Source: an uncultured Candidatus Saccharibacteria bacterium (GTDB taxonomy: Bacteria > Patescibacteriota > Minisyncoccia > Ryanbacterales > HO2-45-13). From it: DNA of 41,374 nucleotides. Below, in pieces: positions 32,318-41,000 of this stretch (positions within the stretch are counted from its first letter, which is position 1; every line of letters starts with the position of its first letter). The DNA is taken from contig CAYHYZ010000005.1 in the NCBI GenBank assembly GCA_964360995.1, positions 1-41,374 of the forward strand, written 5' to 3'. The notes under the pieces were generated by a model. That model did not search any database, was not told the DNA's origin, and was given only the letters and a program-made list of their open reading frames with translations. The position numbers and the translations under genes are program-made.

Positions 32318-33694
32318 CTAAGAAGTTTTATACAGTTTCTCCCGGATGAGTCGTATTTCTTCCACAAGTTTTCCATTCTTTTTTAAGTCAGTGGTGATCT
32401 TATCATGCGCATGTAATGCGGTAGTGTGGTCTCTTCCACCAAGCTTTTGTCCGATATACGGATATGATCCATGAAAATCTTCACGTAATAAATACATTGC
32501 GATTTGGCGTGGTTTTACCACTTCCCTCTTTCTACTTCGCGCAAATAAATCCTTTTCTTCAATACCAAAAAATTCAGCCACAGTCTTGAGAATTTGAGAG
32601 GTGGTCACTACCCGCTGGGCTTGCATATTTAATTGCTCCAGAGTCTGTTTTGCTTCATCTATTGTGAGAGGTTGAGAGCGGATGCGTGTTTTTGCAATGA
32701 GTATATTTAACGCTCCCTCTAATTCACGAATGTTTTGTTGAATTAACGAAGCGATAAATTCCAATACTTCATCTGGTGGTACGTAATGCTTCTCAATTGC
32801 CTTTGCTTTTAAGATTGCAAGTCGAGACTCATACTCTGGTTGCCCAATATCTACAATAAGCCCCGCCTCAAAACGAGAACGGAGGCGCGCCTCAAGATTT
32901 GGGATGATTTGTGGGGGCTTATCTGATGAAAATACAATTTGTTTCCCAGACTCATAGAGTACATTAAATGTATGAAAAAACTCCTCCTCCGTTTTATTTT
33001 TTCCTGCAATAAATTGAATATCATCAATAATAAGGAGGTCAACCGCGCGATATTTTTCTTTAAAAGCTCCGAGTGGTTCACGATTTTGAATGAGCGTGAT
33101 GAGCTCATTCATGAATTTTTCAGAGGTGAGATATAAAATTCGGTAATTCGGATGTATTTTCTTTACCTCATTTCCAATTGCTTGGAGGAGATGGGTTTTT
33201 CCAAGTCCTACCCCACCATACACAAAGAAAGGGTTGTAGAGAGTTCCCATGCTCTTCGTGATAGAGAGGGCTGCGGCGTGCGCCAATTCATTAAACGAGC
33301 CAACGATAAAACTATCGAAAGTATATTTGGGATTTAAATTTGTTTCCCGATCGACCGAAAACTCCTTAAATTCCAACTGTTCGTGCCGCTCCTCGATTGG
33401 TTGGTCGATTTTTTTCTGTAAACGCTGATTGTGTAGTAGCGAGCTAATAGTGTAGTGCACTGCACGCACCGCATCTGTTTGATCTCGGAGCGCCTTGACA
33501 ATTGATCGATGATATTTTCTTTCTAACCACTCTTTAGCGAATGCATTGGGTACTGCGATGAGCGCGGTGCCGTCTTGGATGCCTTGTAAAGTGGTGTTTT
33601 GAAACCACGTTGCGAAATTTGCTTTAGATGTTTCTAATTCCATCTGAGTCAGAACTTTCTGCCACAGTTCTTGATGATTGATGGGTTGCTGCAT
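32318..33694 (-). CDS. dnaA: chromosomal replication initiator DnaA
   Basis: Walker A GGVGLGKTHLLQAIG, Walker B LLIIDDIQF, and the domain IV DNA-binding helix-turn-helix VKPRQIAMYLLRE...GGRDHTTALHA. Confidence 0.97.
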   Translation of the reverse strand: MQQPINHQELWQKVLTQMELETSKANFATWFQNTTLQGIQDGTALIAVPNAFAKEWLERKYHRSIVKALRDQTDAVRAVHYTISSLLHNQRLQKKIDQPIEERHEQLEFKEFSVDRETNLNPKYTFDSFIVGSFNELAHAAALSITKSMGTLYNPFFVYGGVGLGKTHLLQAIGNEVKKIHPNYRILYLTSEKFMNELITLIQNREPLGAFKEKYRAVDLLIIDDIQFIAGKNKTEEEFFHTFNVLYESGKQIVFSSDKPPQIIPNLEARLRSRFEAGLIVDIGQPEYESRLAILKAKAIEKHYVPPDEVLEFIASLIQQNIRELEGALNILIAKTRIRSQPLTIDEAKQTLEQLNMQAQRVVTTSQILKTVAEFFGIEEKDLFARSRKREVVKPRQIAMYLLREDFHGSYPYIGQKLGGRDHTTALHAHDKITTDLKKNGKLVEEIRLIREKLYKTS

Positions 33695-33783
33695 AGGTGG
33701 GTGTAGTTATGTTTTACTCCAGTTCCTGTATAGTGTGCAACAACGCACGCCACAACGCAAAAAACCACTTTACCCGCTAAGTG

Positions 33784-33813
33784 TTTACAAGGTGTGTATG
33801 ACATGTGTATAAT
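33784..33813 (+). promoter_or_regulatory. sigma70-type promoter of the rpmH operon
   Basis: TTTACA (33784-33789), 18-nt spacer, TATAAT (33808-33813), 14 nt before the rpmH ATG. Confidence 0.6.
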
Positions 33814-33827
33814 GATTTTTACTAGTT

Positions 33828-33962
33828 ATGTCAGTCACCTACCAACCAAAAAAACGAAAACGAAGTCGTTCTCACGGCTTTTTAAAGCGCAGTCGGACCA
33901 CGAGCGGTATTAATGTGATCAAGCGCCGCAGACAGAAAGGACGAAAACGCCTTACCGTTTAA
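33828..33962 (+). CDS. rpmH: 50S ribosomal protein L34
   Basis: Translated by hand: [44 protein letters not shown]. This matches the bL34 consensus (TxQPxxxKRxRxHGF...RRRxKGRxxLT). Below the ORF-track length cut-off. Confidence 0.92.
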   Translation: MSVTYQPKKRKRSRSHGFLKRSRTTSGINVIKRRRQKGRKRLTV

Positions 33963-33972
33963 CAACTATTGA

Positions 33973-34311
33973 ATGCTGCCGCGTACGCAGCGACTTCGGA
34001 GAACTGAAGACATTCAAAGAGCCATGACATCCGGGGTGCGGAGTCACGGTAATTTTCTTATAGGCCACATCTTAAGGACAACGCGCCCCGATGCGCGATT
34101 TTGTGTGGTCGTGTCTGCGCAAATTTCAAAACGTGCGGTGGTGAGAAATAAAAATCGCAGAAGAATTTCTGAAGCACTGCGAACAAAAATTGTTCCAAAT
34201 GTTCAATCAGGGTATGATGTCGTTATTCGACTCAAAAAGGATGCTAGCGACATTTCCCACCCAGAACTTCTCGCTGACCTACGGCGCTGTCTTGTAAAAA
34301 TCATTCCATGA
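33973..34311 (+). CDS. rnpA: ribonuclease P protein component
   Basis: LPRTQRLRRTEDI..., RNR-like motif KRAVVRNKNRRRISEAL. Conserved rpmH-rnpA-yidC order. Confidence 0.9.
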   Translation: MLPRTQRLRRTEDIQRAMTSGVRSHGNFLIGHILRTTRPDARFCVVVSAQISKRAVVRNKNRRRISEALRTKIVPNVQSGYDVVIRLKKDASDISHPELLADLRRCLVKIIP

Positions 34312-35096
34312 AATATCTCTATTCCACGATCGTCTATCAACCCCTTCTCAACGCCATCATCGCGCTCACTACTATTGTCCCCGGGCATAGCCTAGGATGG
34401 GCGGTCATCATTATGACTATATGTGTGCGGATGGTACTTTTTCCACTACAGCACCGTGCAACCAAGGTGCAGGAAGTGTTAAAGCATTTAGAACCCCATC
34501 TGAGTGAGTTAAAGGAGAAACACAAGGATGATAGAGAGGAGCTTGCGCGAAAAACACTTGAGCTCTATCGAAAGCATGGCATTAATCCATTCGCGTCACT
34601 TTTGCTGTTTGTGGTACAACTCCCTATTCTTATTGCGCTATTTAAAATTTTTCAACACGGACTCATTGGTGATATTTCAGGACAACTCTATAGTTTTGTG
34701 CCTCATCCGGAGGTGCTGAATATGATATTTTTTGGTATTGATCTTTCCCGTCCATTTATTCCGCTCGCGATTATTGCGGCAGTGACACAATTTGTGCAGG
34801 TGAAGCTTATGCTCACCAAACAGAAGAAAAAAGAGGGGGCAACCCCACAAACTGGATTTGGCGCAGAGTTTCAACGTGCGATGCAAGTACAAATGCCATA
34901 TATTATTCCATTGATGGTTGGTTTTATTGGCGCAAAATTTGCCGCAGCACTCCCACTGTATTGGACAGTGATGAATGTGCTTGCTATAGTGCACGAAGGA
35001 ATCGTGCGTAAACGCGCAGCCTCCATGAGTTATGAACCAGGAAGCGAACAACACATCACTCACAGCGGCGGCGCGGCACCTCGCAATGCTGCTTAA
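34308..35096 (+). CDS. yidC: membrane protein insertase YidC (short Oxa1-like form)
   Basis: ATGA overlap with rnpA. Conserved Arg-containing TM1 (VRMVLFPLQHR), coiled-coil hairpin KEKHKDDREELARKTLELYRKHGINPF, five TM helices. Confidence 0.9.
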   Translation: MKYLYSTIVYQPLLNAIIALTTIVPGHSLGWAVIIMTICVRMVLFPLQHRATKVQEVLKHLEPHLSELKEKHKDDREELARKTLELYRKHGINPFASLLLFVVQLPILIALFKIFQHGLIGDISGQLYSFVPHPEVLNMIFFGIDLSRPFIPLAIIAAVTQFVQVKLMLTKQKKKEGATPQTGFGAEFQRAMQVQMPYIIPLMVGFIGAKFAAALPLYWTVMNVLAIVHEGIVRKRAASMSYEPGSEQHITHSGGAAPRNAA

Positions 35097-35502
35097 ATTA
35101 ATGGGCATTGCCGGAACTATTGAAGAAGGAGTAGTCGGAGACACTTTGACCATTACTATTCGCACCCCAGAACCGGGTGTGCTTATTGGTGAAGATGGCG
35201 CGCGCTTGCAGGCATTAAATCACGTCATTCGCCGCATGATCGAGCACGAATTGGGGCATGAGCGATCACAGATTCTGGTAGATGTGAATGATTACCGCCG
35301 GAAGCAATTTGAAGAGCTTCGCGATCAAGCGCGCATGGGAGCGCAGCGAGTGCGATATTTTAAAAAAGAAGTGACGCTCTCACCCATGACTGCGTTTGAG
35401 CGGCGCATCGTACACGTTGCGCTACAAGAGTATCCCGATATTACCACCGAGTCACACGGGGAAGGACCAACGAGATGTGTGGTGATTCGCCCCTACCCGT
35501 AA
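35086..35502 (+). CDS. jag: Jag/KhpB-family RNA-binding protein (KH + R3H)
   Basis: R3H block MTAFERRIVHVALQEYPDITTESHGEGPTRCVVIRP, with the KH-like GVLIGEDGARLQALNHVIR. Start set at ATG 35086; the longest ORF starts at 35032. Confidence 0.85.
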   Translation: MLLKLMGIAGTIEEGVVGDTLTITIRTPEPGVLIGEDGARLQALNHVIRRMIEHELGHERSQILVDVNDYRRKQFEELRDQARMGAQRVRYFKKEVTLSPMTAFERRIVHVALQEYPDITTESHGEGPTRCVVIRPYP

Positions 35503-35510
35503 GGTGCGCA

Positions 35511-36674
35511 CTATTTTTGTAGTACAAGACTCCACAACGAGGAGTCGTTTTTATTTACAAATAGGAGCGCGCTGTCATCTGGAGCGACGGCGAGTTCAAT
35601 TGCGTCATAATTTCCTTCGGAGACGATGCGTACTTCCCCCGTGCGGAAGTTCCAGCGCGTTATTCGATCCTCAAAGTGGTGTTCACCACGTAGCCACGCG
35701 TCATAGATTTGTTTTGTGATTGATGACGGAACGCCGCAATATATAATTGATGTGTCCGTGCGTGCCCAGACGCATTTTTCAGGGTACGTTGTAAATGGCG
35801 CGATAGTGATGCGGTCTTTTGTAGAGGTTGCCTTCGTGTCTAATAGGTAGAGCGTAGGCATGTCGGAGATAGTCTCTGCCGCACTGTAGAGCACATATCT
35901 CCCCGATGAGTGTTCGAGTATTGAAAGTTGATACGATGCGGGTGTAAGGGGGGTATATGAGCCACCTGAGAGCACCCACGCAAGACTTTCTACAAATGCT
36001 GATCCAGGATTTCGCACTATGGGGCGCGCCACAACATCCCATGATAAGAGTAGTTGCGACTGTGGGTGCGAAGCGAGTGTCGTTGGCTTAGTGCCATTAG
36101 GGAGGGCGGTCGCGATCACCGATCCATCGTCAGTTTGTTTTGCAAACGCGACTCGGAGCCCATCAGGAGAGACTGCAGCGAATGCCGTGGTTTCCGGGAG
36201 CCTTGTTACCTGTGAGCTCGATGAAGTAAAAGAAATATGTGCGAAGTCTGGAGTATTATTTTGTGTAGAAAATGTGACGAGCGCAGCAGAGCCGTTGTTC
36301 GCCCAATCAACAACATATGCATTATCTAGGCGTGTATCTGAAAGCGCGATCGCTACCCCTCCCGTGAGCGGTCTTTCATATACAAGACCGCTCGCGCGTT
36401 CAATGTATCTCACGGTATTACTATTTGGCGCGAACATCCCACTAATGACATTTTTAGCTATCTCCCGGGATGCCTCTTCTCCTTCTGTGATAATTGTTCC
36501 TTCAGGCGTAAGGTCGGTTCCGGGAGTTTCTTGGCGTGGGTCACTATTTGGCAATTCCCCGCCGATCAACTCACCACCACTACGCTGATTGAGATACCAC
36601 ACAAGCGCAATAATACCTATAAGTAATAGGACAAATGCGATCACGACATACAGTTTTTTTCGAGAAGAATCCAT
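35511..36674 (-). CDS. membrane-anchored PD40/TolB-like beta-propeller protein (last gene of the T4SS-like operon)
   Basis: N-terminal TM anchor LYVVIAFVLLLIGIIALVWYL. PD40-type repeats (AVSPDGLRVAFAKQTDDGS, VAPDDSALLFVNKNDSSLW). Confidence 0.6.
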   Translation of the reverse strand: MDSSRKKLYVVIAFVLLLIGIIALVWYLNQRSGGELIGGELPNSDPRQETPGTDLTPEGTIITEGEEASREIAKNVISGMFAPNSNTVRYIERASGLVYERPLTGGVAIALSDTRLDNAYVVDWANNGSAALVTFSTQNNTPDFAHISFTSSSSQVTRLPETTAFAAVSPDGLRVAFAKQTDDGSVIATALPNGTKPTTLASHPQSQLLLSWDVVARPIVRNPGSAFVESLAWVLSGGSYTPLTPASYQLSILEHSSGRYVLYSAAETISDMPTLYLLDTKATSTKDRITIAPFTTYPEKCVWARTDTSIIYCGVPSSITKQIYDAWLRGEHHFEDRITRWNFRTGEVRIVSEGNYDAIELAVAPDDSALLFVNKNDSSLWSLVLQK

Positions 36675-36683
36675 AGATATTTA

Positions 36684-37142
36684 TTATGGTGTTTGACCAG
36701 CCCCGCCATCGTTAGTTCCAGAAGATCCAGTCCCTGGGGTCTTTATAGGATCAATTTTTAAATTTAATTTTAAGAATGAATTTCCACCAAGTGTGGTTAA
36801 AATCAGCACCGCGCCAATAATGATCAGAAATCCATACGCAACCCTTGTCATACGACTCTTCGCGGCCCCAGCGGCGCTTTGATTTCCTCCAGCAGTAATG
36901 TACTGCACGCCGCTGTATACGAGCATCACAAGTCCAAATCCCAGCGCTGCTGATAGTAATGACACATATGCAATTGTGAGATATTGCTCGAGGCTACTAA
37001 TTTCCCTCGAGGTTGACCCAGGAAGTGGCTCCGCAAGCTGATATGGAGAGGGGAAGGTTTGTGCGTTTACAAAAGATGAAAGTAATACCATTGAGCAGGC
37101 GGTGGCGAGAATGAGTAGTGGCGCGAGGCGGAGGTGTTTCAT
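36684..37142 (-). CDS. VirB2/TrbC-type T4SS pilin-like protein
   Basis: Signal peptide (LLILATACSMVLLSSFVNA), then two TM helices joined by the loop YSGVQYITAGGNQSAAGAAKSRMTRVAYGF. This is the pattern of the T4SS_pilin family common in CPR and Gram-positive loci. Gly/Thr-rich tail. Confidence 0.65.
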   Translation of the reverse strand: MKHLRLAPLLILATACSMVLLSSFVNAQTFPSPYQLAEPLPGSTSREISSLEQYLTIAYVSLLSAALGFGLVMLVYSGVQYITAGGNQSAAGAAKSRMTRVAYGFLIIIGAVLILTTLGGNSFLKLNLKIDPIKTPGTGSSGTNDGGAGQTP

Positions 37143-37144
37143 AT

Positions 37145-38149
37145 TTATTCTACTATCAATTTTAATTGCGAGCTTGCGCGCTCAAACACATTGTGTGTAT
37201 TTAAGAAAGACGCAGTAATGTTATAGAAAGTTGGGGTTGTAGGCATGCTGAGTTGTATTGTATTTCCCGCCCCCCCGGTATTTGGGATCGCTTTGCCGCT
37301 ACTATCCCACGAATATTCAAGAACGCTTTCAGTGCTAACATTATATGGAATCGCAATGAGACCAATTTTTTCCCCAGCACGCATTGAAAGGGATGAGATA
37401 ACCGATTTTCGTGCAATAGAGTGTGATTGATTGCTGTAGACGGTAATACGAGATTTTTCTGACCCCACATTAATGCTACTCTGGGCGGAATATGTGCCTC
37501 GTGGGTCGCTAATTGAAACTTGCACGCGCACAGTTTCCGCAGGAGATTTTGGCAATCTAAATACATATGTGCTCGCGCCAATTCCTGAAAGCGCCACCGC
37601 GTCAGATCCATCAACTTTCCATGTATATAATAGACGTTTCGGGCTACTGTTTTGATATGTTCCGGTGAGCGTTGGGAATGCAGTAATGCGAACCACCCCT
37701 CGTGGAGCCGGCAACTTTCGTCCCATATACCAAAAAGGTGCCGTTGTATCAGCTTCCAGAATGATATGTATCTCCGACGGCCTAATCGTTGTTGTCCCTT
37801 CGATGACAACTACTCCAGCCATTTTTCCAACAACGCGAATTCGTGTAGAAGATCCAACTCCCCCAAGGGTAACCGTTGCAGTGCGCTTCCCATAGCCCGA
37901 AGTAATCATTTTGTCATTTGCATACCATGTAATATCCATAGCATTGAGATCAGCGCTATAGGATTTTGCTTGAAGAGAAACCTCCGTATTAGCAGCCGGC
38001 TGATCCGGCGTTGTAATTATTTGTATCTGTCCCACTAGTAGACCAGTAGGATTAGTAAATTGTGCGTAAGTAAGGCGCGCCCCAAATATCACCGTTGCGC
38101 AAAGAAAAACAATAATGAGCAAACGTAAGTTATTATTGATTATTTGCAT
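37145..38149 (-). CDS. secreted protein with three tandem ~95-aa beta-sandwich-like repeats
   Basis: ORF trimmed to ATG 38149 (MQIINNNLRLLIIVFLCATVIFGARLTYA signal). Repeat anchors DITWYANDK, LYTWKVDGS and LEYSWDSSGK occur at regular spacing. Confidence 0.6.
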   Translation of the reverse strand: MQIINNNLRLLIIVFLCATVIFGARLTYAQFTNPTGLLVGQIQIITTPDQPAANTEVSLQAKSYSADLNAMDITWYANDKMITSGYGKRTATVTLGGVGSSTRIRVVGKMAGVVVIEGTTTIRPSEIHIILEADTTAPFWYMGRKLPAPRGVVRITAFPTLTGTYQNSSPKRLLYTWKVDGSDAVALSGIGASTYVFRLPKSPAETVRVQVSISDPRGTYSAQSSINVGSEKSRITVYSNQSHSIARKSVISSLSMRAGEKIGLIAIPYNVSTESVLEYSWDSSGKAIPNTGGAGNTIQLSMPTTPTFYNITASFLNTHNVFERASSQLKLIVE

Positions 38150-39935
38150 ATTCTGCTTTAGCTTGTTTGACCGCAAGAATTTCAGAGGGATCCGAAGTGA
38201 TAATCTGATGTTCAGTATACGAGGAAATGATACGAATGGCGACATGCTTGAGTCCCGCAAAGAAAATTCCCGTCCCGACTTCCGCGCCAAGGAGTAAATA
38301 GCGCTCTTCATCCGTGAGATGAAATGTTTCTTTTACCAGGTCAATGGTACTTGGAGATTGCTTGAGGAGTAATTGTACAGATGAGTTTGTGACAATTGCC
38401 CTTCCATATGAAGATCCCATAAAGTCTGCCACATCTTGCGTGATGGTCATAAGCCCTAAATAATATTTTCGTGCACGCTTCGCAATACCAAAAAGAAATG
38501 AAGCGCCGTCCTCGTTTTTCATCATCCACCACGCCTCGTCCACCACGAGGATACGCTTTTTGAGCTCCTGTCGGATTGCATTCCAGATGTGTTGCACAAT
38601 CAAATACATAGCCACCGGGCGGAGATCATCTTGCATGTCGCGTACCGAAAACACCGTAAGTTTTTTTGTGATGTCTACGTTTGTGTGTTGGTTTAAAAAC
38701 CCCGCCCAACTTCCCGTAGTATATTTTCTCATCCGCATCGCAAGCGACTCCCCTCCCTCCATGTTAGAAAGTACAAGTTCAAGATCGGTCAGAAGCGGAG
38801 GAGTGCGCCCGGTAAAGTCACTTTCTTCAGTAATATCTTTTGTAGCGTAGGTTTCGGTGATTGCGCGGTCGAGCACCGCATCTTCTTCTGGCGTCAACCC
38901 ACCAAGCATAATACGAAACAATCCCACCAACCCTATCACATGGGAGCGCAGCACATCAGAGAGCGACTCGTCTTCACGAGGTGTCGGGAGATCAAACGGA
39001 TTAATATGATGTTTGGATGTGAGAGAAATATTAAATGCCCTCCCCCCAACTGATTCAGCGAGAAATTCATATTCTCGTTCTGGGTCGATAATAATAACCT
39101 CGGTACCCAGCATGAGTGAGCGAATAATTTCTAATTTCGCGGTGTATGACTTTCCTGCGCCGGAGGTCGCAAGAATCACAGAATTATAATTCTCCATACT
39201 ATAGCGATCAAAAATGACCAGTGATGCGTTGCTTCTATTTATTCCGTACAAAATACCTCGGTCGGACGTGAGTTCAAGCGAAGAGAATGGAAACACGCTC
39301 GAAATAGGAGCGGTATTCATATTATATGTGACGCCAAGTAGGTCGGTGCCCATAGGAAATGTTGAATGAAGACCCTCCTTTTGTCTGAACATTGCTGGGC
39401 GCGTTTCAATGAGTTTAGAGCTGAGAATTGAGCGCACCTCATGCTCCGCTTTATTTAATTGTTCCTGTGTATCGGCATATACAGTAATATATAGCCCAAA
39501 TGCAAAATACTTTTCCGTTGCTTGCTGAAGACGATCGCGAAGGGATTCGATGTCACGATATGCGGTATCCAACATTGGATCGCGCACCATACCCTTCTCC
39601 TCATTTTCTCGGATTTGTGAAAGTACGCGCGCCGATTGTTTTTGGAGATCGGAGAGCACCTTTGCGGTATCCGCAGGATGAATAAATACTGAAATATCAA
39701 AAACCTTATCAAGTCCTATAACGTCTCCAAACCAATTTGGCGCGAGTGTGCGTGGGTAGGAAAGCACAAAAATAGTTCGGGTAAACACATTACCAAGTTG
39801 TATGTGAGTTGAAGCAATTGAAAACGCGCTTGGGGCAATAATATCACGCATCTCAACTAACCCCTCGCGGTAGATGTCGTCGGGGCGTACCGGAGCGATG
39901 CCGCTTTGTTTTGGCCGTGTGTTAAATAGCGCCAT
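38133..39935 (-). CDS. virB4: VirB4/TrbE/PrgJ-family T4SS ATPase (middle and ATPase domains)
   Basis: Walker A ILATSGAGKSYTAK, Walker B RILVVDEAWWMM, IFVLSYPRTLAPNWF membrane-proximal block, DUF87/AAA_10-like C-terminal half. Confidence 0.85.
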   Translation of the reverse strand: MALFNTRPKQSGIAPVRPDDIYREGLVEMRDIIAPSAFSIASTHIQLGNVFTRTIFVLSYPRTLAPNWFGDVIGLDKVFDISVFIHPADTAKVLSDLQKQSARVLSQIRENEEKGMVRDPMLDTAYRDIESLRDRLQQATEKYFAFGLYITVYADTQEQLNKAEHEVRSILSSKLIETRPAMFRQKEGLHSTFPMGTDLLGVTYNMNTAPISSVFPFSSLELTSDRGILYGINRSNASLVIFDRYSMENYNSVILATSGAGKSYTAKLEIIRSLMLGTEVIIIDPEREYEFLAESVGGRAFNISLTSKHHINPFDLPTPREDESLSDVLRSHVIGLVGLFRIMLGGLTPEEDAVLDRAITETYATKDITEESDFTGRTPPLLTDLELVLSNMEGGESLAMRMRKYTTGSWAGFLNQHTNVDITKKLTVFSVRDMQDDLRPVAMYLIVQHIWNAIRQELKKRILVVDEAWWMMKNEDGASFLFGIAKRARKYYLGLMTITQDVADFMGSSYGRAIVTNSSVQLLLKQSPSTIDLVKETFHLTDEERYLLLGAEVGTGIFFAGLKHVAIRIISSYTEHQIITSDPSEILAVKQAKAEYANNQ

Positions 39936-39936
39936 A

Positions 39937-40578
39937 TTATTTAGTTTCTACTCCAATAGGGCCGGCAAGATCTGGATTATATAGCTGTCGAAAAAGTTCT
40001 ATCAGTTCCGGAGTGCCCAGCACTGCCGTGCGAATACCAATACCGGCAAGTCCTTGCTCTACCACTGCAACGCGCTGCATCAACTGCGTTTTCCATTCTT
40101 CAAATTTCTGTGTTATGTCAGCATGTGTTTGTTGTTTGCCAGTGACCATTCTTGCGATTCCTGTGATAAACGACGCTTCTTTTGTAGCTTCCGCGGGCTG
40201 ATAGGGCACTACCGTATAAAATGTTTTAGTGACGATACTATTTGAAGTAACTAGAGATTTCATGAACGCGATGTATTCGTTGGTTTGAATTTTTAGTAAG
40301 TCGTTTGGCTCATCGTTCGCGCGCGCGCGGAGATCATCAAGATATCCATCGATATTTAATCTGCGAGAGGACACAAAAAACTGGACTGGGAAATCCAGCG
40401 TATTAATAAATCGTTGGTACGAAATAATAATTGACTCCTGCTCGTCAGTAGACTTGAGATCAAAATTAATTGAGGTACAGAGCAGTATTGCGCGGATGCC
40501 CTTGTTCTTTATAATGAGGACATTATCTCGGACCTCCTCAATCTCTAGAATTTTTTGTGTTGCTGGGGTACTTGCCAT
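39937..40578 (-). CDS. VirB4 N-terminal-domain-like protein (separate ORF)
   Basis: LEIEEVRDNVLIIKNKGIRAILLCTSINFDLKSTDEQESIIISYQRFINTLDFPVQFFV matches the pattern of the first ~200 aa of VirB4/TraC proteins. Its stop lies 1 nt before the ATG of the ATPase ORF, in a different frame. Confidence 0.55.
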   Translation of the reverse strand: MASTPATQKILEIEEVRDNVLIIKNKGIRAILLCTSINFDLKSTDEQESIIISYQRFINTLDFPVQFFVSSRRLNIDGYLDDLRARANDEPNDLLKIQTNEYIAFMKSLVTSNSIVTKTFYTVVPYQPAEATKEASFITGIARMVTGKQQTHADITQKFEEWKTQLMQRVAVVEQGLAGIGIRTAVLGTPELIELFRQLYNPDLAGPIGVETK

Positions 40579-40579
40579 G

Positions 40580-40999
40580 TTATCGCTGTTCGTGAATATT
40601 GAGTTTCCAAGTGAGTTCTTTCAATTTATCCGCAGTGAGTTTTTGTTCCACAACGGGAGCTGGCGCAGCAGCCGCAGCCACATGTTTTGCTTGCTCAACG
40701 TCGCGAGCCGATTCTTTTGGTGTGGCCCACAAGTATAATTGAGGGCTGAAATAATATCGAAGAAACCCAAGTACGCGGTGATGAAATGGTCTTCCCTCCG
40801 CTTTCATGAAGGCAAGGATCCAGGCAAAACCCACAATGGCAATAGCGAATATTCCAAAAATAAATGTAGGAAATCGGAATTGTTTGATGATAAAAATCAG
40901 ACCTCCTGCAGCGAGAAAAATTCCAAATTGACGAAATGATAACTTCCATATCACCTTATCCTCAACGTCGACAAATTGTGGTACTTGAAATTGCAGCAT
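40580..40999 (-). CDS. PrgI/VirB3-like small membrane protein
   Basis: MLQFQVPQFVDVEDKVIWKLSFRQFGIFLAAGGLIFII... is the characteristic PrgI-family N-terminus plus two TM helices. Sits immediately upstream of VirB4, as in Gram-positive T4SS. Confidence 0.6.
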   Translation of the reverse strand: MLQFQVPQFVDVEDKVIWKLSFRQFGIFLAAGGLIFIIKQFRFPTFIFGIFAIAIVGFAWILAFMKAEGRPFHHRVLGFLRYYFSPQLYLWATPKESARDVEQAKHVAAAAAPAPVVEQKLTADKLKELTWKLNIHEQR

Positions 41000-41000
41000 A

